NCBI RefSeq assembly: GCF_009914755.1
Contig: NC_060947.1
DNA from: the human T2T-CHM13v2.0 reference genome, Homo sapiens
DNA: 64,000 bases
Reading direction: 5' to 3' (one strand)
Shown piece after piece: positions 39,545 to 54,434 of this stretch. Numbering within the stretch: the stretch's first letter is position 1; each line of letters begins with the position of its first letter. The notes beneath the pieces were generated by a model. That model did no database searches, was not told where the DNA came from, and saw only the letters and a list, made by a program, of their open reading frames with translations. The position numbers and the translations under genes were made by a program.

Positions 39545-40940
39545 ATCACTTAAAAAATGAACTGGTTCAAAAGGTGTTGCTAGACCATACCTATCTGTAT
39601 GAAAACATATCTGTATTGGGGAAAAATATTGATCCCTAGGATCATAAACCTCTGTAAAGAAAACAGGAGAAAAATTCTTGGAGGCTTGGATTATGTGAAG
39701 GTTTTATACATAGAACGCAAAGAGCAAGGGTCGTACGAGAACATATGGATAAAGGGGCTTTCTTCAAAATTAAAAGGCACATACACATAAGAAAGCAAAA
39801 GGCAAGCTACAGACTGAGGGAAAATATTTACAATACATACATACACACATGCACACACAGACACCCAAAGGACTCGTATCCAGAATACGTAAGGAACTGA
39901 ACTTTACAACTCAGTGATGACGCAATCTGCAGTAGAGAGAATAATTGTCCCCCAAAGATGTCCAAGTCCTAATTCCCAGAACCTGTGAATGTTAAATTCC
40001 ATGGCAACAGGGAATTTGCAAAAGTAATTAAGAATCTTGAGGTGGGGAGGTGACCCTGGATTATCCAGGTGGACTCAATATAATCACAAGGTCCTTATAA
40101 GAGGCGGCCAGGAGGGAGAGAGAGAAGGTATGAAGAGGAGCGGTAGTCAGAGCCCAGGAATGGCGGCCACTCTAGGAGCTGGAGAGGCAAGGAAACAGCC
40201 AATACCCCACAGCCTCCAGAAAGGAACACAGCCCTGCCAATACCTTGATTTTACCAACTGAGACCAATTCTGGTGTCCAGAACTGTAAGACAATACATTT
40301 GTGTTGTTTTAAGCCACTGTTTGTGACAACTGGTTACAGCAGTAATAAAAGGCTAACATAGCAACTCTTTGGGCAGTTTCTTTAAAAGTTAACTATAAAT
40401 TTACCATACAATCCTCAGGAAGGAATCAGTCCAGTCCTACATGTTTACTCAAGAAAGAAAAGCCTATGTTTACACAAAGACTTAGGCACAGATATTTATG
40501 GCAGTTTCATTTGTAACAGCTAAAAACTGGAAAGAAGCCAAGACTGTCAATAGGTCAATGGATATTCAGCCTGTGGTGCAGCCACACAACTGAATAAAAG
40601 GCATAAAAACTACTGGTACACACAATGACATGAGTTCCCAAAATTATGCTCAATGAGAGAAGCCAGATTAAAAAAAGAACATATACTGTGTGGTTCTATA
40701 TACAATTCTAGGAAATCTTTAATTTCAGAAGCAGACCAGTGGTTCCTTTGGCATGGGGTCAGAGAGAGGCAGGGGTTGCAGTGGGCACGTGAAACTTCTG
40801 GGAGTTGTGGGAAGATTTGTCATCTGGGTGTGGGAACTGTGTCACGGTAACTGCATGCCAAAACTGGTCACACAGTATACTTTATGTGCAGTTTATTGTA
40901 CTCCAATTAAACCTCCATAAAGTTGTTTTAAAAAGAAAAA
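39545..40940 (+). mobile_element. L1ME 3' region interrupted by MLT1D
   Basis: aaagcaaaaggcaagctacagactgagggaaaatattt; 3'UTR agaagccaga..tgtgcagtttattgta..cataaagttgttt. Confidence 0.78.
39928..40360 (+). mobile_element. MLT1D MaLR solo LTR
   Basis: gaataattgtcccccaaagatgtcc..cctggattatccaggtgg..tgtgttgttttaagccact. Confidence 0.85.
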
Positions 40941-41687
40941 CTTATTAGGTTGGGAAAAAATGAACAGTTACAATGTTAATAGAAGTAGCCCTGAATGACA
41001 AAAAATACCCACCGACCATCACAACACTCATAAATGACCCCTGGAATCCAATGTGAGGAAATCTTCCTGGGACTTCTCAACTCCCCTTCATAAAATGTGC
41101 TTTCTTTATTGATGGAATCCCTGAAGGGGACCCTCTGTTGAGCCTTCTTAGGGAGGAGGGGATGCCCATGTTTTGGGGCTCTTGTCCCCAGTGCCATCCT
41201 TTCTGGGGCACTGGTGAGCGCACAAAGTATGGCGCCATTCCTTCCCTGGAGCTTCAGGGTGCCTTCCCTCCACGCCCACACACTGCAGGCTAAAAGCAGG
41301 TCCCACTACTGTTTTAACTTTAATTATGGTGGAGGTGGGATTGAAGGGATAATTTAAGAGCAAGGTACCCTAGTTGACAGAAGGTGACAGCCTGTCCCAA
41401 ACACAGAGAACAAGGAGGCTCCCAGAGAGAAAAGATCCACAGGTAGGTGGCCAAAGGGTACAGGCATATAGGGAGGAGCCTGGGGTCAGTGTGAGGGCTT
41501 TCTAACTAGCATGCAGTGTGCCAGGGAACCCCCTGCGACCATAAGGAGGGTGGGTCCCTAGCTTGGGAGAATAAATAACTGTTGATTTGGATTTATAAAT
41601 TCAGGAGAGCTCTACCATATCTTTAAGTTGAGCTATCCAACAGAGAGAGTCTTAAATCCTGTAGATATTGGGGTTAAAGAATATGTT

Positions 41688-41992
41688 AGCTGGGGGCTGT
41701 GGCTCATGCCTGTAATCCCAGGCACCTGGGAAGCTGTGGCAAGGAGGATTGCTTGAGACCAAGAGTTCGAGACCAGCCTGGACAATACAGCGAGACCCTG
41801 TCTCTACAAAAAACATTTAAAAATTAGCTGGGTGTGGTAGCATGTGCCTCTGGTCCCAGCTACTCGGGGAGCTGAGGTAAGAGAATCGGTTGAGCCCAGG
41901 AGTTCGAGGCTACAGTCAGCTATGGTTGCACCACTGCACTGCACTCTATCTAGCCTGTGCAACAGAGTAAGACCCTGTCTCAAAAAAAAAAA
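41688..41992 (+). mobile_element. AluJ
   Basis: Diverged dimeric Alu with J diagnostics. Confidence 0.9.
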
Positions 41993-41995
41993 CCC

Positions 41996-42000
<5 letters not shown>

Positions 42001-42028
<28 letters not shown>
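42001..42028. repeat. (TG)14 microsatellite next to the Alu tail
   Basis: Direct read. Confidence 0.95.
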
Positions 42029-42031
<3 letters not shown>

Positions 42032-43019
42032 ACATTCATTTGCACACAAATCTGATAACCATAATGAAGAGGAAAAAGCCCAGGATACTGAATAATACTG
42101 CTATGTACATGCATATTGTTCTCTCTCCCATTTAAAAGCACATATTTGGCAGTAGATGACCAGTGCAAAAAGAACTTTTAATTTTTCTGGTCACAGAGAT
42201 GAATTGGCTCTCCCTTCCTGTGTACTTCCTTTCCTTCTCGCTTTTCCTACATGGATTTTTTCAAAGCAGAATCTCAGACCCTGTAGATGCTGATCAAAGA
42301 ATGCTTTCCTGTTTCCTTTAAGAAGGCAGCAGGTATGTGATGAAATAACAGATTGATATGCTTTGTAACCACCCCCTGCCCCCGTTTTGAATCTGGGCTC
42401 CACCAGCAAGAGTCAAGCTTTTTTCCAGGGCAAACAGCTATCCCGCGCAATTGCTCTGAGTGTTAGGGATGACTTATAAAGACTGTGTGGATACAGCTGG
42501 CTCAAATTCAGATTCTCATCACCCGATTACATGCACCTTTCTCTGAACAGACCTTCTCCCCAGGTCAAACTCACTTGAGATTATTACTAGAGTTACGTTA
42601 TGAGTTTGTATATATTTTCCTTCTCAACATACTTTCAGTATTTGAATAAAGATTAATGAATCAAAGTTCTAACTTGAAGTATTTATACCAAAAATTGTTA
42701 TAAAGTTTTACTTTATTTTTTGTTCTGGAAACTATCAAGCCAGATTTGGAAACACTTAAAAATGGAACATTTTTTATCCAGGGTTTTTTGGGGTCTCATT
42801 ATCCAATAACCAATTAAAAAAACGTCTCTGGTGTTCTTTCTAAATCGTGCTAAGTTACCTTAAAATGAGATAAAGGACAAGAATGCTGTAACACTTATTT
42901 TTTATACTTTAAGGCAATGGCTCACAACTGGGCTTTGCTTTTGCCCCTTGGGAGATATTAAAGACAGTATAAACGTTATGTTTTGTTTGTAAATCAAATT
43001 TTGTGTGAAGTAAATTATA

Positions 43020-44215
43020 AGTGTTGATGGGCAAACAAGGTATAAACATGTAATTTGTATGACAACAGCAACAGAAATAAGAGAGTCGGAAACGGAACTA
43101 CATAGGAGCAGAGGTTTGTGAACTACTTAAAATAAGTGGTTAAGATGTTTATCATAGTCCACAGAGCAATCACTAAGAAATACAGTAAAGGACAGAATAA
43201 TTAAAATGGCACGCTAAAAAATATCTAAAGTTAAAAAAGGCAGTAATAAAGAAATAAGGTAACAAGAAGACTTAACACAGAAAACAGCAGCATGCCGCAC
43301 GTAAATCCTGTCTTACCAATAATCGCATTGTATGTAAATAGATTAAAAACGCCAATTAAAAGGTAGAGATTGAAGAATGGATTTAAAAAAGACATGATCT
43401 AACTATATGATATCTACAATAGAGATACAATTTAGACCAAATGGTACAAAAGCATTGAAAGTAAAATGATGGAAATGAGATTCCTTGCAAACAACAGCCC
43501 AAAGAGAGCTGAAGTAGCTATAGTAATATCAGACAAAGTAGACTTAGGACAAACCATTTCACTAAAAAAAACCAAACAATTTTAATGGAAACATTTTATA
43601 GTGATAAAGGTCACCCCATCAAGAAGATGCAACAATTATAAACATATATGAACCTAACCACAGAGCCCCAAAATACAAGCAGCAAAAACTGTCAAAACTG
43701 AAAGGGGATATAGCTGATTCCAATAATAGTAGCTGGAGATTTCAATGCCACACTTGACAATGGACAGAACAACTAGACGGAAGACAAATACAAGACTTGA
43801 TTTAATCCACTTACACACTGTAAACCATTAAAACTTGACAGACATCTATACAAAACTGACCCAATAATAACAGAATATACATTATTCTTAAGTGCACATG
43901 GAAAATTATCCAGAATAGGCCATATGCTGGGTCATAAGTCTCAATAAGTTTACAAAGAAGTGAAATCATATATTTTCCCAATCAACAATGAAATTAGAAA
44001 TCAGTAACTGAAGAAAACTTGGGAAATTCACAAATAATGTGGAAATTAAACAACATACTCCTAAAAATTTGTGGGTCAAAGATGAAATTATGAGAGAAAT
44101 TAAAAGATACTTTGAGAAGAATAAAAATGGAAACACAACATACCAAAACTTATGGGATGCAGCAAAAGCACTGCGTGGAGGGAAATTATGGCTACAAACG
44201 TCTGCACTAAAAAAG
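43020..44215 (+). mobile_element. Old L1M inter-ORF plus ORF2 endonuclease fragment
   Basis: gtagctatagtaatatcagacaaagtagactt, acattattcttaagtgcacatgg, acataccaaaacttatgggatgcagc ([10 protein letters not shown]). Confidence 0.88.
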
Positions 44216-44217
44216 TA

Positions 44218-44420
44218 TGTTCAAAGAGGTGAAACAGTGCTAGCTTTGAAGATGAGTCAAGACGTGTGGGTGGCCTCTAATAGCTGGAAAAGGCAAGAAA
44301 ACATTCCCCATTAGAGCCTCCAGAAACAAACAGAGCCTTGCCAACACCCGATTTTACCAAGAGATTGGTAAAATCAGGCCTCAGTTTGTGGTAATTTGTT
44401 ACAGCAGCAATAGAAATAGA
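44218..44420 (+). mobile_element. MLT1D 3' fragment, internally deleted
   Basis: gctggaaaaggcaagaaaac..agagcctccagaa..tttgtggtaatttgttacagcagcaatagaaa. Confidence 0.78.
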
Positions 44421-44449
44421 AGGCATTTAAGAAACTTTGGCTATCTTGT

Positions 44450-44795
<346 letters not shown>

Positions 44796-45390
44796 TCAAA
44801 CATATTAAAAAAAAACATAAAAAAAACATAAAAATAAACTTTTAAACGTTTCATTCACAACCTAAAGTCAATGAAAGCTACAGGCAGAGTTTACAGAACT
44901 ATGTGTGACAATTTATCTGAGGCAGTTCACCAGTTTACTAAAAAACAGCACAGTATAGTCCTCACAAAATGAAAACAAACCCCAGCATGCTAGGCCTTCG
45001 TTATTGCTACAGAATAACACATATGTATAAATACTATTAATCATTTTTTTTCCCATTTCCTATTGATGCACCATGATGCTTCCATTTAGCTAATGGCAAT
45101 AATCTAAATTCTTTTTGAATTTTAAGAGCTAAATATACAAACATAGAGCTCTAGATGGATGTCACTTTGCCTAAACCCTTCTCAGAGCTAGTTTTCCAGT
45201 GTCTGAGGCATTATAGATTAATGCCAAACCCACATATCCCTAGGCCTTTTGAATTAATGAAAACCAGCAACTGTCCTCCACAACATGCACAAAGGCTTTA
45301 TTTAAAGATCATCTTTCCTACCAAAACTCAATCACTTCTATTCTTTTTCAGTGAAGGTGACAGGCCCTCCGCTACCCTTCCATTTCTATC

Positions 45391-45748
45391 TGTATCAGTC
45401 ATTTTCAGGCTGCTGATAAAGACATACCTGAGAATGGGTAATTTATAAAGAAAAAGAGGCTTAATGGACTCACAGTTCCACGTGGCTGGGGAGGCCTCAC
45501 AATCATGGCAGAAGATGAAAGGCACATCTCACTTGGCGGCAGACGTGACAGCGAGCTTGTGCAGGAAAACTCCTTTTCATAAAACCACCAGATCTCATGA
45601 GACTTATTCACTATCACGAGAACAGCACGGGAAAGACCTGCCCCCATGATTCAATTACCTCCCACCAGGTCCCTCCCACAATACACAGGAATTGTGGGAG
45701 CTACAATTCAAGATGAGATTTGGGTGGGGACACAGCCAAACCATATCA
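45391..45748 (-). mobile_element. THE1B/C solo LTR
   Basis: Full LTR ending gggacacagccaaaccatatca on the + strand; perfect TSD ctatc. Confidence 0.93.
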
Positions 45749-46219
45749 CTATCCTTACTCTTAGCATTCCCTATCAATGGCCTGTTAGGAATTACCACCA
45801 GGGATATATGCATATATATGAAGATAATGCCAAAATTACATTTTTAAAAAATTTAGGGCAATGTAAATCATCATGAAATGTAAGAAAAACATTAAGAATA
45901 TAAACAGCAATACACAGTACAAAGTGCTTCTCTCCTAAAGACACATGAGTGACCATGTCACAGGAATATTTCTTTAGCTGTTATGCTTTTGGTTCACTTA
46001 TTTTTGTGTGCTGGTGGGGGTGGAGGAATGTCAGAAAATTCAGCTGTAAAAAGATGATAGGAGCTGAGAATGGAGAAACTTCTCTGGTGATCCTCTAACT
46101 GAACAGACCTGGGCCATTTGCTGCCCACCTTCCTGGAAAGGTCTGCCCAGAAATTCAGGAAAACATTGGTCCAGATGGCTTGATCCTTCACACAATCAAA
46201 AATCTTAGATTCTTGGGAC

Positions 46220-46574
46220 TGTAAGTTTGCTAGGGCCGCCATCACAAAATAACACAAAATGGGTGGCTTACATAGAAATTAATTTTCTTGCAATTCTGGA
46301 GGCTGGAAGTCTAAGATCAGAGTCAGTCAGCAGGGTTGGTCTCTTCTGAGACCTCTCTCCTTGGTTAGTAGATGCTGTCCTCTCCCTGTGTCCTCACGTG
46401 GTTGTCCGTAGTGTGTCTGTGTCCTAATCGCCTCTTATAAGGACACCAGTCCCATTGGATTAGGACATTGTTTAGCCCTTTAAAGACCTATCTCCAAATA
46501 TAGTCACATTCTGAGGTCCTGGGGTTAGGCCTCCACCACGTAAGTTTGAGGGGGACATGACTCAGCCCGTAACA
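46220..46574 (-). mobile_element. MLT1A0-like MaLR solo LTR
   Basis: tttgctagggccgccatcacaaaata..cttataaggacaccagtc..ctcagcccgtaaca. Confidence 0.85.
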
Positions 46575-47820
46575 CTGGGTTATTCATCTTCATCTACTTG
46601 GTTTTTTTAATTTTTATTTTTTTATATAAAAGGCAAGAGCAGTTTGTTAATGGAAGGTGCTATCTTAACATGGGGAAGGGATGAAGAAGATCACTAAGAA
46701 ATAAGGATCAAGATCCTTTTTTAAAGAATACATATTTGCATATGTATAAATTGGTTCGAGTATCTCAGATTTTATGTATCTAATTCTACCTAGGATTTCT
46801 CAAAAGAACCAAAAAGCATAGGGTATGGTTCCTGCTATGCAGAGTGTACCTCTGGTACCCAAAGTAGCAAAGTGGGAATTATATTGACAAAAGGAGGCAT
46901 AGCTTGGTAACTGCAGGCACAGCTCAATTTACCAAGCCTTCCACACATGGGGGCACTGAAGGATGAGGAGTCAGAAATGCTCACTCACATTCTCAAAGAG
47001 CAACTGACCTTTATTCCACAGCTCCAATTACCAGGGAAGGACAGCTGGTAAGAGACCGCCTTTTCTTTGAACAGCTAGGGGCTTGGCAGACACATAACTA
47101 AGGCTAGCACAATGTTCTAACTATGTCAGTAATGTGGCCCTATGAGGTGTTACTGTCAGTCAAACTACATGAAAGATATCCAGAATTCAATCAGATATCC
47201 TTTTAATAGCTGTACCTACGACTTGTACTGACCTGAGAAGCATAAAAGAATGGAGAATTCCTCCCAAGTTCAAAGATTACTGGAGTTAGGTGGAAAGATA
47301 TTTACTTATTTTAAGAAATGAAAACTCTAATCACCTGCATGGGAATGTAAAGTACCTGGGAGGGAACTGTTTTCCTTAATGAACAGACATCTCTCAACTC
47401 CCAAATCATTTAGAGGGATGCTTAAAAGCAGCAAGACCACTGAATACATTTTCCATGTTACTTATTATTTTATTACTTGTACTTTTTAATTGAATTTGGC
47501 CTATGAGAACAATAATGCTAATAAATAACCATTTAAATGCATACCTGAATTATTTACATTTGCAATTTAAGGCATGATCAGAATGATGTTGAAATATTAA
47601 GAATTTTAGGTTCATCATTTTTATAAACTTATTATGTTTAAGATGATTATTGACTAAAAGAGTTTCATTCTTTAATTCAGACAACTGAAGTACTCAACAA
47701 AGAAATAAAATATATTAGAGTTTTGTAAGTGTGAGTTAACAGTATAAAGGTGAAGTTTATGAAAAAATTGTAAAGGTTGAGACTCAAACACTGTTATGGC
47801 CTCTGAACAGTGACTGTTAA

Positions 47821-48142
<322 letters not shown>

Positions 48143-49141
48143 TAAGCAGAATAAGCAGAAAGTAAAAGCTTAGGGAAAAGAAAGTTTTGAATCTAACTTC
48201 AATAGTTTATAAATGTTTAGAATTAAAGGGTAGTGGTGAACTCAGGACACAAGAAGTCCTACAGCAATACTAAGCACCCACAGTACACCATGCCTGTGTG
48301 TGTAAGCTCATCAGAAAGCAGAGCATGAAAAAGGGCTAGGGACCCAATGGCACGGGCGGCAGTCGCTGCCCTGGAGAATTACACTCCTGGCATTCCAAGC
48401 TGGTACCCAAACACTTTCCCATAAGAAATAAGAGATGGTCAGGGACATTCGGAACCTCCTCAGGTGCATAAAGGTTGTGTGAATATGGGAGTGAATAACC
48501 TCTAGTTTTAATGTTTCTATCTGGGGAAATGTGTTCTAACTATCCAAGTACTGCACAACAAATTTATCTTACATTCTGTGTTTACATTCTAGTGTAGATA
48601 CTAATGAATGATTTTGCGGATAAAAATCAGGCAGCCATCAGATGAAACAGCGGGGGCCCAAGGTGCTCAACCCATAAATAAGCAAGAATTCGTATTTTTT
48701 ATATGAGATTATAAATCTCCAGCCCAAACCCCCACGATGTCTCTTTTCTGTTATTAGTCACTATGAATAAAGTATAATTGCACTCAAATGCAGCTGGTTT
48801 GTGAGCTCCTGCAGGTGAAATTACAAGCTAAAACATAGTCCTCATGGGGGAGGAAAGGACCGAGTACCCTTAGCCTTCGGGCAACCATTGCTTTGAACAT
48901 AATTAGAGAATGCAAGTATATGGGAAAGAGGTGCTAGGATATAATTAGTTATACCACAGCATTTCATTACCAACATTTAATAACATTTAAAGATCATAGA
49001 GCACATACAAAATGATATGCCTTCTTCCTTTCCATTTTATATTCTCATACTGGCTGCACTATATAGAAAATGAGGTGTGGAGAGAAGGGGATCTAATATA
49101 TTGGCTCCATCTAGTCCCTGCTCTGTCATGTAACATGTACC

Positions 49142-49280
49142 CATTCATTCAAGGACATAAAAATTACCTGAAGCTTCTCTGTCAATACACATGCCATGTT
49201 GGACCCGTGTTCTGAATGTTGAGACTCCAGCAGTCAACAGAACAGGCCTAGAGCCTGACCTCCATGGAGGACATGTTGTA
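49142..49280 (-). mobile_element. L2 3' end fragment
   Basis: cattcattcaa..cagcagtcaacagaacag..cctgacctccatggag. Confidence 0.5.
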
Positions 49281-50155
49281 GAGCCCAAGGTTGCTCAGCA
49301 TTTTGCTGCCAGCCCCAACAGTGTGACGTACAGCTCTTCTCTGTCTTTGAGCCCTGAGCATTCTCATACCTGAGGGGATATTCCCTGAAGGCAAGAGGAA
49401 TGGGATGCAACAACAGTGACCAGTGACCATCGCCTCTCAGGGAAGTGCCATTTACTAATTTATTATTTTATTGTATAACTCTCTGAACTTTTATCTTAGA
49501 ATATGATTTCATTCCTTATTCAAAAACACTGACCTTTTAAAGATCTCACATCTGGGCAAGAGAACTTTAATGAAGGCAAAGGAAAGAGCCATCCTAACCT
49601 TCCTTACTACTAGAAATGTCATACTCAGACAGCACACAGCATGCAGGGCACCGTCCCGCTCTAACAAAAATCGAAAGGGTAAGGGCAATGGCTGGGTATA
49701 AAACTACATACTAGAATATGTGACACGGAGCACCGCCCAACAAATGGTTATTTTCCATGTTTATCCCCGGCATGGTGCGTGGAGTCCAAAGGTTATTCCA
49801 AAGCACTTTTCTTTTCACTCCCTTCTCTGGAAAATCAACTGTGTTTGGAAATCATGGTGCATCCCATGGTTAAATAATCTCCCTACCCCAGGAAGGAGGA
49901 CTGGGCCCTCTACTTCTCCCTGACATTTACAACCCAGCTGGGATGAGAAAAGGAGAAGGGAGTAGAATAAAAGGACTTCAAAGTTGTGAGTTCGGCACCC
50001 TTACGTGTCAACAAAGATTAAGCCTGAAGTGGCAGGCTTTCACACAGGGTTGGGGGGATTCAGGTTTTGATGCAGGGTTAGGGGGAATTCGGAGGCTGAT
50101 TGGAGAATGACTAGGGATCCAGAGCTGCTCCCTTTGTATCAGAGATGCACATACT

Positions 50156-50178
50156 ACACACACACACACACACACACA
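50156..50178. repeat. (CA)~11 microsatellite
   Basis: Direct read. Confidence 0.9.
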
Positions 50179-50316
50179 AAAGGAGGAGGAGGACAAAACA
50201 TGGTGGGCATATGGCTAAATTTCCAGACCCTTCCTAGGCTAATTATCCAACTGTGTGTGTGCATGTATTCTCTCTGAGGAAGGGGACTTAGAAATAAGTT
50301 TAAAATGGCTTCCAGG

Positions 50317-50726
<410 letters not shown>

Positions 50727-50859
50727 TCAAAGACGAGTGTAGGTCGATGGCCACCTATGTCAGTTTTCTTCATGGGTTAACGGCACCAAGAGTTTTGTTT
50801 GTCTTAAATGGGAAATCATGGTTGTTTCCATCAATGCTGTCAACCTAAGAGGTGCCCAG

Positions 50860-51760
50860 TCTTTCAGTTTCCTGAAACTCAACATGTCCAAATGCCTAAA
50901 ATGGAACTCATCCCTATTTTCAGGCCTCACAGCTTCCTCTAATTTCGACTTCAGGACAAGTCACTGCTATTCACCTGCCTTCTCCCTCCCATCCCTCTAT
51001 GCCCAGCTGTCAGCTGAACGGCCTCTGAATCAGCCACTTTTCTTCCTTTCATTCCAACCCTGTGGGTCCTTGTAGTCAGTTGAAGGGTGGCTCCCAAAAA
51101 TATATGTCCACGTCCTAATCCCTAGGGCCCGAGAATCGGACCTTATTTGGAAAAAAGACCTTTGCAGATGTGATTAAGTGAAGGATCTGGAGATGTGGCA
51201 CTCTGTATTATCCCGGTGGGCCCTACATCCAATGGCAGGGGTCCTTATTTATAAGAGACAAAAGGAGAGAAGAGAAGGCCACGTGGAGAGAAGCTGAGAC
51301 CGGAGCGATGCAGCTACAAGCCAAGGAAAAACGCAGCCCTGCTGATATCCTGACTTCCAACTTCTTGTCTCCAGAGCTGAGATAAAGTAATCTCCTGTTG
51401 TTTTAGGCCCCCCAGTTTGTGGAAAACTCATGCAGTCCTTCTATCGTTCATCTGGACAATGGCAACAGCCTTCTACCAGTCTCCAGTGTCTAAGCGCCAA
51501 CAGTCCACATCATCAGAAGCACCACCCTTCTAGACATCGTGTGCTCGCCAGGCTGTATGATGGCTACGAGATAAAATGTGAATTCCTTAGCCTGGCACAG
51601 GGCTCGCCGCCATCTGCCCTTGGCAGGCCTTTTTACCTGTGCTCCGCCTCTCACCGAGTCCTCTTGGCCTGAAATACCCTCAGCCCTTCCTCCTCCACCT
51701 CAGTGACTCCCCAACCCTTCCGGTGGCTCATTTGGGATGCGTTTGCTCTGCTGTGAGGCA
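50860..51760 (+). mobile_element. L2 fragment interrupted by MLT1
   Basis: aaactcaacatgtccaaa..gaactcatc; ctggacaatggcaacagccttcta; ataaaatgtgaattccttagcctggca. Confidence 0.6.
51071..51434 (+). mobile_element. MLT1C/D MaLR solo LTR
   Basis: atgtccacgtcctaatccc..ccttatttggaaa..tttgcagatgtgattaag; perfect TSD gtcct. Confidence 0.85.
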
Positions 51761-52809
51761 CATCCGACTGGCCAACTTCCTTTTCCTGGCTCCCAAGAAA
51801 ATCGAGTTGTCTCTAGCAGATGAATGATGATAATATAGAAGAACAGATCATGTCCACCCCCGCCCCCGTACAAATTACAGCACCCCTGCCTGCAGTCCCC
51901 TGAAGAACAGGGATGCTGTTGTATTCATTTGACTCAGTTGTCTCAGTATCTGGCAACTGGTGGTCCTGCTGTGAAAAGTCAGTCGGGTTCATGAATCGAA
52001 GGAACACCCTGAACATCTCAATCTCTCCTCCAGAGCCCTCATAGATCCAACTTAGGCTTTTCTTAAATTCCTTTTGAACTTAAAGCTCTCTCCTCAAATT
52101 CTCCACAACAGAAAGTGCCACCTGCCTTCCGCCATCTGAATGGAGCCACCTAAATGCTGGGAATGTTAAGCCATTTATTGTAACCACCTCTACTGCTTGG
52201 CTACCTGTATTGCTCAATGACTTGAAGTGGGCAACTTTACAGGCTTTTATCAGGTTGCTGTCAGAGAAGCAAGGTCAGCACAACTGGTTTAACAAGATGA
52301 GGGCTGAGATAAGGCTAGAGCTTCCAGAAAGGAACAAGTCATGGAGCCACACCCAGGAATAACTCACATATTTGCATTAAGAATGCAGAAGCAATGCCCA
52401 GGAGAGGGCAGCACTGACAACGCACACAAAGTCTAAGGTCATTGTGATCCACATGAACAAGGCTTCTCTTAGAAAGTACTTAAGGGCCAGTTTATGACCA
52501 AATTCCTTTGACAAAGGAATCTAGGAAAATACACTAGGAGAAAAACCTCCAAAAACATCCTGGTGAAGGCTATGCTCTCACCAAAGCCACCTCATGCAAA
52601 TACACCTGGGCCCCAGAACTCTGCGATTTCACCCTCATGAGCATCAAAACCCCACAGCCACCACTGATCTCACTGCAGGTAACCAACAGAACTGCATGTG
52701 GTAAAGGTTCTCAGTAAATATTGCTATTAGATCAGAAAAAAGCCTGAAAGCCTGAAGCAGGAAATGGCAGCTGGAATGACACAGAAGTGGCTTTGAAATA
52801 TTTATAAAT

Positions 52810-53475
52810 CAGGAGGTGCCTGGAAGGTGTGGGTGGGGATGGCAAGGAATTGAAGACTGGAAGATAACTCCCAGCCATCTGCTGTGGGGCTTTCGGGGTT
52901 TGCTGCCTGGTGTGGAATGCAGGAAAAGAGCAGATCTGGCAGAGAACTAGAGGCCCCGTTTAAAATACAATGCTTCAGAGCTGCCTCTTGGCCACGCGGG
53001 TAGGAAGAGCCTGTGGTCACTGGGAAACGTAGACAGGAACTCAAAAGAGGTGAGGCCCAGCCAGGGAGGTCAAGGGGTCATCAGAGCAGAAGCATGTGCC
53101 GAAGCCATGAGCTCAGAAGAGGTTTCCACAAGAGGACAGGGCCCATAACAAAGCCATAGGGACGCCAAACAGGCACCAGGAGGAAAAGAAAGCTATGGGG
53201 AAGCCAGAAGAGGAACTATCCGTGAAGCCAAAGAGAAAGATTTCCAAGGAGGGTGCAGAAGCGGCAAAGGAAGCCGGAAGTTCTGGCAATTTAAGAAAAG
53301 GGTGCCCTCTGCACCTAGCAGCACGGACATCACTGCTACCTCTGTCAGAACAATTTCTGTGAGTGGTAGGGCCAAAAAGCCAGCTCATAGCGAGGGAAGG
53401 AAAATGGGGGAGTGAGTTCGGCAAACACAGCCCACTTTAGCAAGACACTTGGCTGAGAAGAGAGGCAGAAAGACA
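52810..53475 (-). mobile_element. L2 ORF2 remnant
   Basis: Purine-rich reverse L2 motifs: ggggtcatcag..gaagccatgag, gaagccaaagagaaag..tttccaaggagg, ttggctgagaagagaggc. Confidence 0.6.
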
Positions 53476-54434
53476 GACAAGCCAGTTTCAAAACACGTCC
53501 TTAAAATCGGGACACTCACTAGTCCCAGCCAGCAGAAGCAATAAACACAGCAACAGGTACATGGCATTTATTATTCTGTATTATAGATGTGATCATATAA
53601 AGATGTTAATTTCTTCAGGCTACTTCACAGAAGTCCCGTCCCCTCCCTATGAGAGGATATGATTTTACTTGATCTCAGCATAAACCCTAATGGTATAAGG
53701 GGATGCATAACATGTGCAGATGGTTACATCTCTGTTGCAAAATCATGTTAAACAGTGCAATGGGGCCGTAGGTCAGATATGAACTGAACATGTTCTTTAA
53801 TCTGATTATATTTTGGTAGGCATGCAATATCCTGGAAGATGTCACACATTGCCTGTGATATGCTGCAAACCATACTCGGGGACACAGAGGATGGGTAATT
53901 TTACTAAATCAGTACAGTAAGTAAGTTGTCAATGAGATGGGCCAGGCTTCAGTTACCAACGCAGCTCATGTTTCACCTAAGCTAAAGTGGTTTTGGGCTA
54001 TCAGTAGAGCCTCTCAATCATCAATGAGATAAAATTAAATCAGCTGGTAAATTAGATGTCAGCTGGTGAGAGTTTCAGTATCTACAATTGTACCTGTACC
54101 TGTGAGGGCTGGCAAAACTATGAACAAATGGTACCAAGACTGCTGGTAACTCTAAGTGATGAAGCGCCCAGGAGTAGAAGTTAGAAGTGCTGGATTTTCA
54201 CTGGGATTTTCCTACTATTCATAGCTCCCCAGGTTGTCCTGCCTCAGTTTCACTGTAGACAGGACAAGTCGCCTCAATTCTAAATCTCAAATCTGATTAT
54301 GATTTCACTTTAAAGAGCTTGTCACGTAAGCACACCGTATCAAAAGCTGATGAGCAGTCAGCAAAATGCCAGTACTAAACACAGGGTAGCAAATGGCAAA
54401 AAGTAAGCTAGACCTTTATGTCTACAGGTATTGT

